Of a stretch of 64,000 bases of DNA, positions 38,701 to 51,678 are shown piece by piece. Position numbers and translations under genes: made by a program. Within the stretch, counting starts at the first letter, position 1, and each line of letters begins with the position of its first letter. Under the pieces are notes generated by a model that was given only the letters and a program-made list of their open reading frames with translations, did no database searches and was not told the origin of the DNA. This DNA is from Phallusia mammillata (taxonomy: Eukaryota), in NCBI GenBank assembly GCA_965637545.1, contig OZ281494.1, positions 11,532,001 to 11,596,000 on the forward strand. Direction: 5' to 3'.

Positions 38701-41700
38701 GCAACGAAGTGTAAAGCAAATGGGCACTTTCGGCGAGTCAAATAAAGGCGATTGTCACGGACCCCATCCCCGACACCACACATCAAGCTCAGCAATAGAA
38801 TTGTCATTGCGAAACGTGACTTTAAGTTGCCATGCATTTATAATTCATGACGCAAACAGCTGGGAAGGCGCCTGGCTATTTTATTGATAAGAATGCAATG
38901 TGATGTCATTCGTGAAGTCACCAATTGTCACAGTTTCATCGAACATTATCAGAAAAATTCGGTGCTATTCTGTAAGACCTGCACTTTTCTGTAATATGTT
39001 AATCGACAACTTTCTTGCTAAAAATACACAAGAGTTTTTTAATCCTCATACCGACTGAAAACAAGCTAAAAGCTATCGCAAATTACGAAAGCAAAGAGAC
39101 ATGCACTTCACCTGCACAAGCCACAAGCTACTTTCTACAACCAACTAGGCAACTACAGCCTTATGAAAAACATTGCACCGCGTTCATCCATTCAAACAAC
39201 ATATACGTCGCATCAGCCCTTTTTCGCCACTCTAACTCTCTTCCAGAACTGCTTGAAGATTTGAACGCCACTTGTGGCTTGTCTTCAATTAGTAAACTTC
39301 TTAAAAAACTCGTCGGTCCTTCCACCAGCTTTCAAATAGTCGTTAACTGAAGAAGACAACAGCCGCAATTAACCTATGGGCGCGAGCAAAAGTGCACTCG
39401 GAAAACGCTAAGACCTTCCTTCAGCAAGCATGCTTGAGCGAAAAACAAAGGACCGCAGTCGAATCCAATACCACCATGCACTTGCTCGTGTGTCTCGCCC
39501 TCCGCGGCTTGTATAAGCGATTTGGTCGGCGACCCTGGATTTGAGGATTTTGATCTTTACGCGCATGAGTGGTCATGATGAATAATGCGTCGCGTCAATG
39601 GTGATTGATGTAATTGAATGGTCTTCAACGGTTCTGTTTAATTATCCGTACTAAACGACAGCGGGACGATTCCCATATACATGAGCAGATGTTGTATATT
39701 TATAGTACTTCTACAACATTGTTATTTTTGCCGCAAGTTAATGCTTCTTGCATCTATACGCTTGAAATATTATTTCCAACTATTTTTGCAACTGTATATT
39801 TTTGCAATTTTAACTCACTTATTTTTAATACATTGCGTTTTATACTACTGAAAAACTCATAAACACAATTTAAACAAAGTCTGAATTATGAATTACACCT
39901 GCAGAACGGGAATCTATAGTCTACATAAGACCCTCATGACAACCTATGTGAAAAATATAATAGAGGTCTTTGCTAGCGATTTCTGTATACCAATAAGAAA
40001 GATACCTTTAGTTCTACTGAATGAATTTCATGTTCGCTGTAATTTTTAAATCAACACGCGCATTCCAACGGATTTTCTGGGTTATTTTTACTCAGCAATG
40101 TGCCATTAAATGTCAAAACATACGTCTAAAGCGGATCAATTAGGCGTAAAATATTAACCGAATGACAACAAGCAAGACACGGTCTAAAAGCATTTCAGGC
40201 ACAATTGGTGGTTACAGATTGTTTATTGTCGTGTGGGAAGGACGCTTACCAAACGATTAGTAGGTTCATACTAAGTAAACTAATTCCATGTTATTCAGTG
40301 GTAAAATAGCAATTAGTGTGTTGGCGATTGTCGTGTGCCGGATACAATTCCTGATTATGGATTGGTCAAATTTAGAAGGCAGTAATATAGATGCTTTATA
40401 CATGGTATAGTTGACTCAACAAATATTATACATTACAGTTTTTTGACATTTTTTCCTCCTTTTTTACAATTTTGGTGTTTTGTAATCAAAAAACCGATGT
40501 AGACTATCATAGTTTGTGTATTTTGTCAACACGAAATAGCCAAAAAAGCACTATTATATTAAAATACTCTATAATTGTTGGAAGTTGTAATTGGGGTTAG
40601 TGGTCATCAAAGCCAGTAAGGTAGAAAACACATTTAAGCATGCCAAACGTGATAGGTTTCTTCTTTTTGCAAGCCTTGTATAATCTAGCATAGAGCTTTT
40701 TAGAAAATGTTTTTTTACCTTTTCTACAATAGATTTTGGAGCTACCTGTTCCCACGCTATAAGCTCTTGTCAAAAAGTGTGTCATGAAATTTTTGTGTAC
40801 CTTTGCGTTTTTACATTAACATCATGTATTGAATGTGATTATCCGGCTTTAGATTTTCTTGTTATAACGTGAGAATTTTTTACACAAAACTTAAAGAGAA
40901 AGTACCCTTTGTTTGTATGTTTGTCATTGTTACCGCCTTTCTGTTTACACCATTATGACCAATTAACTGTTCCGAAAACAAGATTGTACAAGACATGGTT
41001 GACAAGGCATTGTATTGGTTTTACGGTTGGTTAAACGCTTTTTCGAAGCACCACAAATCTCTCAAACCCAATCACTAAGGATTAGTTTTGGCATTAAACA
41101 ATCGTTCGCTAATTACTATGCAGTGTAAGCAATATTGTACACTACGTGCAGACTGCTTTTGGAATTTTCAATCAATGTTGTATCGGGACTTTATTGCCGC
41201 GGAGAACTGCTACAATGCTGCTTTTTAATTACAAATTTGCTGGCTGAAAGGCGGGATTTAAAGTTAATCATTCTAAAATCAAAGAAAAGGCTGTTTATGA
41301 CGTAAACAAAGCCGCGCGTTTGGTGTTGTTGCCTGTTTCTCGTTAGCTGTAAACAACAGTCATATCGAACAACATACGAGAGATCAGCATATCGCGCCTT
41401 AAATACCCATTGAGCTGAGATTACTGAGGCCATGACCGAGATCATTTACCGTCTCTGTTAGGATTTAAGTAGTTACCACGGGCGTTTACGCAAGTGTTTA
41501 AGTCCCAACTTACAGGCGTAACCTTTAACACAGCTCGTCGCGCCGAATTTAGGTGATAGGGTTAAATTGTAACAAACCATTCTTTTGTGATATAAATTTG
41601 CGCAAATAAATATACAACAAACACAAAATATAAACTATCACAACGAAAGAAAGCAAATGCAAAAGTTTTGTTAAACTACGACGCTTAGCGGATAAGTTAT

Positions 41701-42542
41701 GCATTGTGTGTGTTCGCTAGGTGTCACTGTAATTTTGCTGATGTAGCTTCACACGTGTTCTGTTATCCCAGATTTATTGCTGACGTAGGATGACGAAGTA
41801 AACAAGGCCAATTTTGTGATCCGGTTTTGTCACGCGTTGTCGTAAAAAATGTTTATAGTTCCCACTAGAAAGGCGTATTCGAAGTGTGTGCGAGATTTAT
41901 AAAGCGACTGTCAAACCACAACAATGGAAAGCTTCTTTTTTCTTTGCAGGTAGCTTTTATGGTGGCCGCAATTCCTTTTGTTTTGCATTGTAAGTTGTGA
42001 CCTAAATCAAAGCAAAAATCATACAACTCGGTCTCGCAAATGAAAAAGTATATGTGTAAACTGAAAAATGCAAGCCAAGGTGTTAACCTTGAGAATACAG
42101 TCTTTAATCGTTATTCAGTATTTGGAAGTAGCTTTAGCATGTATGGTGGACATATTATATGTCATTACTTAGCAGTTTTTGATCAGGTTTTGGAGTGCAT
42201 TTGCAGACTCCAAGAGGCCAAAAGCACAATACATCATTATTTCTTCATGCAAAGTGCCAAAAGGAAGTAGAATTTGTAAACATGTTTTATATTCTATTGT
42301 TTAAAAAGCTGAGATGTGACTTATATCTGAACGTTTTTATTTATTTTAGGCATAAATCCAGCTTGTGAAAGCTGAAACTTCAGAGTTTTTTTACCATTGT
42401 CAGTTACAACTTTACAAGTATATTTTTTACCACTACATGATAATAAAACTACTATGTGTTTTCTGTCACAGTTATATATGTTCTTCACTTGTGTATTTGT
42501 ACATATGTGTGTTTAGCCTATATCTGCCAGAAGATTGTTACA

Positions 42543-45500
42543 ATGGCAGATAATTCTGATAATGCAGTGATGCAAAATACCATCAGTACCATGACTACTG
42601 CTTCTAACATACAAATTCCTGAATCTACATCTGCCAAGAGAATGTTTCAGCAACTAATTGCGGGCGGTGGTGCAGGTAAACGGAATGCTTTTAGTTGTCT
42701 GTGTTGTTTAAAGTTACAATGTTATGCCTTAAACCAACGTATTGGTTTTCAATATCTTATGTGTTTGATCAAAGAAATATTTGTCAGCAAACAATTGACA
42801 AAATATACATTTGTGAAGTGTCCATCCATCACTTATTCATGGTAGTTATTTGTGAGCAGTATAAATAATTAAAATACAATTATCAGTTTTTACATGTATA
42901 CATGTATATTTATAAATATGGCAGTAAATATTTTAGCACTTAATGGTGCATCGATTTTATGTATCTAGAATCATTTGCTGTATAATGTAATCCCATTTTT
43001 TATAACAAGTGTAATTTGTAACTTGTACTATAATGGCAGTTCAATGTGTATATTAGACCAAACAGGATTGGGGTAAGATACCCTGATATTTGCTTATCCA
43101 TTGAGCAAAACAGCAAGATGTCAGAAGAGAGCCAATTTTTTGGTCGACCTGAAACTGATTCCATTCAAACCTTTTCATCCATAACCCCCCCGCACACATA
43201 TTGATAAATTATGTTAAGCTGTAGCATACCAAATAAAAAAATCCTTTTGCATTTCTATCACACTGCACTAATATGTATTGAATTTAAAACCCTGTCTGTT
43301 GCATTCAAGTTAAAGCATTTTTTGAAAATAACAGAATTGAGGCCAACTGACTGTTTGCTTTTATGTTATATAATCAAAAATGACTTATTTTGCACATTGT
43401 GTTTAACCAGGTTTGCCATTAGTTTATGATAATAAAGTAAAGCTTATGCTTGATTTTGGGTTGCACCCAGTTTTATTAGCGAGTCACGCAATGTAACCAC
43501 ATACTTACTTGCCATGTTTACCTTCCAAAGAGAAATAATCTCTAGGTTTGACTTGGTTCAAGTGAATGAATTGAACCAAATCCTTATTTTGTACCCGGTC
43601 CTTATTGTCTTGATTTTTCTCTCCCGTCCCATCACTTTAATGTCATATTTAGATCCTCGCTTTCACCAGAATAAATTAATTTTGCCTTTTTACAGGACTT
43701 GTTGAAATCTGCCTCATGCACCCACTTGATGTTGTGAAAACAAGGTACTCAATAGTTTCATCAATTAAATTCTGTTTATATTTCTAACTAACTTTGTGTT
43801 TAGATTCCAGCTCCAGGGCAATGCACCTGGATCAGTTCATTACCGTTCTGTAGCCCACTGTTTTACAACCATGTACCGCGCTGAAGGGTGGGTGGACAAA
43901 TGTTATGTCATGCTGTTTTTATTTTTCTGTAATTGTTTTTAAAATTACAGTTTCCTTTCATTTTACAAGGGAATTCTGCCTCCGATTTTGGCTGAAACTC
44001 CAAAGAGGGCAGTGAAGGTAAATTGTGCCAAACCACACAAAATTGGTTTGTAAAAGTAAACATTATGGTTTGTTTGCATTTCATTAAGCACAGTTGTGTT
44101 TTGTTAAGTAATCCCACTGTACTTGACTTTTGCCCCATTGCTTTTCAGTTTTTTTGCTTTGAAAGATACCAAGACCTGTTTAGTATGGGAGGACCCAAAA
44201 CCCCGTTGGTAAGTAATTAAATCGTAAAAACAATGTCAAACCTCTGCGCAACACCTCGTTTCTATAGCCTGAAGGGAAGTTATAGTTATTGCTGTCAATT
44301 CTCAAACCGCATGTCTGTGAATGCTAGCATCTGCGGCTTTTACCAGAATTCTAATCTAACCGGTTACCTGATTAAATTCCAAAGCACAAGAGAACGTTCT
44401 TGAACATACGCTGTGTTCAGTTCAGTCTATTGCCTTTCCTTTGATTAAGCAGAAAAACTCCAACAATCGAGAAATTGAGGAAAGAAGCGGGTTTCCGCAT
44501 TTAAGCTTATGCCTTTGAAAAAAGAATAATGCTTTCGATAAACAGTAGCATTTAATTGTGGGATCTATACCTGGCTAAAAAGTCTTAAATTGTTATGTTA
44601 ATTTTGCCATTGTAAGGACATCAAAATAATTAAGGTTAACGTAAGTCAATTCGTCGAGTTGTTTTTTTGTGCAAAACCGCAGCGCGAACTTAAATTGAAA
44701 CATGAATAACTGTTGCACAAGATTAGAAGAAACACGGACCAGAGTACTGACTAGTACTAAGTCTCTTAAACATATGGATTTGCAAATACGTTTATTTAAA
44801 AGTTATAAGCCGCTTTTTGTAAACCTATTTGAACTAGATCTAAAAATACGCGAATCTAATACTCTTCGATTTAAATCATCACGCCTGCCAAACATGTGAC
44901 GTCATTGCCCTGGCGCGGCCGGTAAACACTTGGGAATGACAGCAGTTTACACAAATCGCGGCGCTACCGAATCAACACAAGGCCCAATCTTCACATCGAT
45001 TCCCACTGTTGTTTGCAAAAGCGCTTAGTCTCCATTCATCGTCGATAAACGATGGCCCGTCTTACGTCCACCTAGAGCGGACCGCGAGCACCCCGTGCCT
45101 GACGGATTACGCTTAATTCGAGCTGAGATGCCTTTTGTTCGCCGATCGGTGGTGAGTTTTAAATGTTTTGCGTGGAATTCGTGAGATAACATTCGGCAAA
45201 CACGTCCAGTTTGCCGTGGAATTCTTGAAATAATTCAAGGAATTCGCTATGAGGAAAGTACGCCTTGAACAAAAGCTTCCAAATTACCTTATCACGTCTG
45301 ACTAACAGAGTTTTCACGTGACCGCCGACCGAACAATAAGGTTCTTCACAGCTTCGTCCCATTACATACGCTAGGTCGCGTGGATAAATACATGTAGATG
45401 CATCTCAAATGTAGTTAGTTTCATGGTAGGTAAGTTTTAAAGGATTATTTGAACATTTCCATCACTCTAATTTCTCGAAGCTAAGGTTTGGTGCGACCCC

Positions 45501-48500
45501 CAGCGGTAATCCCGATAAACATCGATGTACTTTGAACTTTAGCCACAAACAGCCTAGCCGCACAAAACGGTGTCATGTCAGCACAAGTTATTCAACATCT
45601 GTACTTTGTATTTATGTTCTGGTATGCAAACGTTAAGTTTTCGAATTTGAAATTGGTCCCTTACATATATGTTTGGAATATAGTTTTCCCCCAAAGAACA
45701 GTAATATGGTTCCTATCCTACATGTTTTATGCGTAGATCTACTCTCTAGCTGGCCTTTGTTCAGGTCTCACCGAGGGAATCGTCTGCAACCCGTTCGAGA
45801 GGGTCAAAGTTCAGCTGCAATCGGAAAGAGATGTCAAGCTAAGGGATGTAAGTGACCAACCCAGCCACTAAACAAAACTTTTTGACCATTTAAATAAAGC
45901 CTAATAGTCTTTTTGAAGAACGCACCACTTTTCAGCGCTAACATTTGCTACGAGTTCAAATATACAGCATAATGAAAGGCGGTACATGATTTTGCCAAAT
46001 GATATTGGCTGTATTTGTTGTTCCATGGTACATGAATGAAAAAAATATTGTTTTTTTTTGTAAACCCGAACATTTGTCACGATGGTAAGCTATGCGAAGA
46101 ACTTTTCACTAAAATCTCACGTTGTTGTTTTGAAACTTTTTACCGGGGTGCAAGACGAAGACATTAAGATCTATCATCTCGCATCCCCCTTTTGCGGATT
46201 CCGGACACACCTAGTTCCTAATGTTCGCGTTAACGTTCTGAAAATCTTCACAACAATGCACACCGCTCGCACCGACTCTCAACTGTTTTCAATACGGACC
46301 TTTTCATGTATTGTGTCACCCTTTTTCCTTAACCCCAAGCGCAACCCCTATAACCCTACAAATGTGGGCCTAATGAGCGCCGGCATGGGTGGCCTGGGGC
46401 TGCAGAGGTCCCAGGTCGGTCGGCACACAGCCTTTGCTCTTCGCAACTCGAACAAACCGACATATTTTACATAATTGTCGCCTTTGTATCTGTGACATCA
46501 CAATGAGAGATTGGGGGTAAACCCGGGCGCTGGGCGCGATCTAACAATGCCCTGGGTCCCGAAATACGCTTTTCGGCCCCGGGGTTGTCACGCAATAGTG
46601 GGTGAGTCAAAGGCCCCGGGAGCCCAGGTAGAGAGTCAATAAGCTGGTTTGGTTCCTAATGACAGCGCGCGGGCAAAAGCGATCACAACTGGCAAGTCGT
46701 CGTCATGGAAGGTTGCCAATGATTGGACGAGCGCTGCGCTGCCGAACGACACTGTGTTTTTGCTTTTTTCGGATTTTAGAAGGTCATCAGAAACTTAATA
46801 GTCAATCCTAAGCGATGATCCGACTTGTTTTTGTACTCCCAGTTTATTTGGTTTGCGTCATCTGTTATTACGACTCTTTTCACCCTTTATCTCCTTTGCC
46901 AAGATTGAAGATGACGACAAGCAAAATAATGTCATCATTAATTAAAATTCTTACCTCCCTGTAGCATTTACATGATGTTTTTACGCTTTTACGGGCATGA
47001 ATCAAAATTCCTTTCTTACGCTTTGTGAAATTGTTCGTTCTTCTGGAAAATGTAATGTTGATATTTTGGCCATTTTGTAACAAATGCTGATGTGTTTGCA
47101 CCAAAATCCATTTGTTCTTTATCGGACAAATATCTGTAATGCCAACAGTAAGAATATTTTTTTGTTGCAGCAACAATCGACATTTTCCAAAGCTCGTCAA
47201 ATCATCAGATCTGATGGTTATGGCATGATGGGGATTAACCGGGGTCTAACGGCAACCCTGGGACGACACGGTGTGTGGAACATGGTCTACTTCGGTGTCT
47301 TCCATTCTGCCAAGAAATACATTCCTGAAACTGAGGTTAGGACAAACCTTTTTTATGAATTATATTGATCGCCTTAAGACGAACTATTGACCTAACTTTA
47401 CACATTTGGAAAATATTGTTTTTTTCTGGTACTGTATTTGTTTACCTTTTGAAAGTATTTGTCCGTGTTAAAAATTAATACTGATTTAACAAACTAAATC
47501 CGGTTTCTAATGTCACGAAACATTATACTTTTTTGCATTGTTTCCTAATTTCGTTTGAGTTGTTTATTCCAGTTTATACGTCTGTGGGAGCGTTAGTCGC
47601 ATAGTTCACATATATTTTGTCCCCGCCCGTCACAAAAAACAAGCAACATCGCAAAGTCGATGATTTTTCAACGGGTCACCACCATCCCAGAATCGCACAA
47701 AAGCCTACGACATTCCACATCCGAATTCACTCTATTTCTGCGCCCGCCAAAGTCAAACAACGCCCTTGCTAATCTAATTGGTCGTCCCGTGTTACCATAG
47801 CAAAGCCACTAAAAGCCGTCGGCCCACACCTGTGTCGTTAACTCCGGTGTTTCAAAGCCAGATCGTGAATTGTGCTCTATGTTATGTCAGCCCTGCTTAT
47901 GACACTTGTTTGTTCATGGGTCACTTAGGGCCCCCGGTCCACCTGCTTCGGCCCCACGTGGTCCACCCCGGCCAACGTAAACACGTAACCCGTTTAGCGA
48001 TCATGAAAGGCGTCGTTCCGCTGTGTCCGGTATCTGAACGTGACTTGGGTTTCAACGGGTTTAAAGTGTTTCAAATTCGCCGGGAATGTCGCGAAATGTA
48101 CTGCGAAATAGCAGTGGGTTGAAACGAGGTAAAGTCAAAAAGACGTTGTGGTCAACGAATTTTTGCCCTATACGAGTCATTTTTATTGGGAACATGCTTT
48201 TCCAAACGGTTTATTGACAGATAAACTAAAAAATACAGTTAGAGGTCAGTGATGGACCGCTTTCAAAATGCAACTATAGTTTTAAAATTTGTTTTGACAA
48301 TAATCTTAGAGTTAGAATTATGACTTAAGGATATATTTGTATGACGTCATGCACAATTTTAATTTCTCTCGAGGTCAGCGATGGACGTCTTTCTTCTCTT
48401 TTTTACCTTTACAGAAAACGTTAATTATGTCTCTTTCTAACGCTGCTCTCTTTTTTTGTGTTTATATTTTCAGCATAGCTCGCTCTACTTTTTGTCGCTT

Positions 48501-51500
48501 GTCACGCGACGTGGTTCGTACTTAAAACGCTTTCGCTCGTTTTGCCGCCAACAATGGGTCCATGGGTGCGCGAGTGTTTGAACAAGGCCCCGCGCCCCCA
48601 CACCCCCCATCCCGGACCCCGAAACCGTCTCATTTCCTTTAGCAAAACCCGAATCCCCGACGCTGACAAATTAGCCCCGCATTTTTAGACTCGAGCGTAG
48701 AGCGTGATTTGAACATTGTGTCCACGGGACAATGCGAATTGTATGTACAACTTTTGTGCGTGTTTTCTGCCTTTCCGCAAACCTGGACATGTATAGATTT
48801 ATTCACGCCTAATAACCTACACAATCCAATGCTTGCTTTACTACTGAACCGTCGCTCTTGATTACTCCCCCTACAGAAGTCGTACGGGATTTGATTCGCA
48901 TGGTGGAAGTTAATTTAGCCTGGCACTCCCTATAGTCAGAATGTAACGCTCAATGCACGCAAACAGACCGTCGGCCGGTGGGAAAATGCTCGGCTTATTA
49001 AGAACACCACCAGGGGTCTGTTGTTTCTACGCCAAAGTCAACATTCGATGAAAAGCCTGATTTCCAAAACAAATTGCCGCCGTGCACGCAAGGTCCTGCG
49101 AACCTCGGTGTGCTTAATTTCGATGAAACGCAGTTCTTAAGAATGTTATTGATCGCCTTTTGGAAAATTGAGTGGGGTAGCAATGTTAAAAAGTGGTCGG
49201 TACTAAGGAATTCAGTGCCGTTCGTTTCATCAGATTTTAATACTTGTCTATGCTGTCACTTAACAAAGGCGCTGTGACGAGCAAACACAGTGTTTTGAAT
49301 TGCTTTTGGGTTAAAATTAAAGAACTCGCCATTTACGGGTGGCGTAGGCGTTAAGACTTGCCCCCGGAAATTAGTAAACGCTGTGGAATTTCTCATTCCG
49401 GCAAATTTCTGCGATGCGTCTTGACAAGGTTCGTGTAATTCTTCCGGCAAAAAAACAAAACAAATGGACAATTCAAACTTTTACATTTAATAGGCTGGAT
49501 CGTGCAACAGACCTCACTTATATTAAAATGCGTTTTTTTCGCGATAATAAAGCCAAAAAGCAAATGGGAAAGAAACAAGAACGGGTTTATAGATTTCAGA
49601 AAACTCTTTTGGTAATGATTTTTAACTGGTCATCTTTTGGAAAATTAAACATTTACCATTTTTTTCTGCTAACGGTGATTTTAAAAAGGTATCCTTATCC
49701 TCTGAATAAAGTATATCATTAGGCTGCAAATGCGCTGGTCAAAAATCGCGGATGGACAGCGCGTTCTCATTACTTTAAAACAGCATTCTTAAACAGACGG
49801 AAAAATTCGACACAATGTCACGGCGTTATGCTTATGACCCGCGCGCAAATGCGTGATGATGTAGCTTTGCCTCGATGCAAGCAAGCGCTTTTGAAAGACC
49901 CAAGCGGGCATTCACGCCTCGCAAACTGAATCTGAGAGTTTACGCCATGTGCAAAGCGTTGTCGTTTTGTGAATGGACTCAAGTACTTCGCCTCTTTGGT
50001 TTTTGTGAATGAAGTTGACCACGCTCGCTTGAGAAACGTCTCACGCTTTTTGCATCCGTGACACTACGAGATGGTTGCCCGCTTCGCCGCCTAACACTCA
50101 GATTTTGACACTTTGCTATACTTTTGCTACGTCGTGATCTTGTATTGGTGGATAAAGCGTGAAATAAACGTTTCGCGCTGTGATAATAATAACATGACTG
50201 TTATGCTTTCTAAAGAGTAACCAGCAGCTTGACATTGAATGGCCAAAATGTGGTTCAGGCTTTAAATACTGGATTGGTATTTCGAGTCACCTCAAAAAAA
50301 GTTCTTGAAAGAGCTGAATATTATTATGAAATTAATGATGAATGTGTTAAATTATTCCAAAGTGTCACACTTACCTACCTGAAATTTAAAAATTTGTAAC
50401 CAAATTTGTTCAAACGTAATTTAGTCCTAAAGTGTAGCCTAGTTTAATTTTTTGCAGATCAATATGACACTTGTGATATCCAGGCAAACCCCACGTAGCG
50501 CTTTTAAAAATCGTGTTCAATGTATTTTTGGCTTGCAGTCGAACTTCGCGAAGGTTTCCTACCGACTGAGCTTAGGTCTGGCCGCGGGCACCTTGGCGTC
50601 CATTATTAACATTCCATATGATGTCGCGAAAAGTCGAATCCAAGGTCCACAACCTGTTCCGGGCCAGATCAAGTATTACGGTGCACACAAAGCGATCTAC
50701 ACAATTTTCAAAGAGGAAGGGTAAGTATTAGCTGCACTACTGCAATTTTGTATTACAACAGAAACTAAATCATTTTTTTGAAAGGTTTCTGGCTTTGTAC
50801 AAAGGCTTGGTCCCGAAGTTGATGCGTCTTGGGCCAAGTAAGTGATTTATCCTCATCATAGGCGTAGAGTTTTTGAAAATACTGGGGGTGCGCCGTTTGA
50901 TCTCCCAAAAAAAATGCCTATACCATGTACAGTATCTGTACCCGTATGAGACCAAATAACGACACTTTTTACGTGCTTAAGCATGTAGCTTCTATCACAA
51001 TAATTTGCAAGCCACTTGGCGCAATTTCTTTGTGTTCGATTGGAACGTTTGCTGTGCGTCGGTGCGTCGATTTGCCAAGTCAGCCATTTTAGCAACGATT
51101 AAGTTTAAAGTAACGTGTTACGGCTGGAAATAAAAGTAAAGCAGTTCACGATTTAAATATAGCCGACTATGTATTGTTGACGCTTAAACTTAGGTCACCT
51201 TGGAACAAGTTTAAGCCGTTGCAGAGCTTTGCAAACGGACATTAAACTCGGTTTAGGAATAAATTTATTAAATATTTTTTTTTTTTTTTTTATTGCAGAG
51301 AGTTATTGCGACAAATAATACTAAAACGTTAGTCTATAAGTCATGTTTATGTTACATCAAAATGCTCATTTATTGCGAAACAATTACAATTGTTACGTTT
51401 CAACCGACAATGGCATGAATGCAAGCGCATTTGTTAAGCTGGAAACACGTTTTACCGAACCGACGTAACTTGAACAAAGATGCGATTTTGACTTTATACA

Positions 51501-51678
51501 AAGGTTAAGGCCGGGGTTGCGCGGCACCCCCGCATCCCCGTACTCTACGCCAGTGATCCTCATATATACTTTTTATTTACATGACAAGAAACCAACTGTG
51601 TTTATTTTTGCAGGCGGGGCAATTATGATGATGGTTTATGAGACGATATCCGAGTTCCTTGCCGAAAAGTTTCCTTGA
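42543..51678 (+). CDS. SLC25A21: Mitochondrial 2-oxodicarboxylate (oxoadipate/oxoglutarate) carrier, 322 aa, 10 exons
   Basis: Exons 42543-42675, 43696-43744, 43804-43887, 43951-44017, 44149-44208, 45737-45847, 47171-47335, 50539-50720, 50785-50837, 51614-51678 join in phase (969 nt). Carrier signatures PLDVVKTR, PFERVKVQ, PYDVAKSR. ODC-specific YKGILPPILAETPKRAVKF, LGRHGVWNMVYFG, KSRIQGPQP, LYKGLVPKLMRLGP. Confidence 0.96.
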
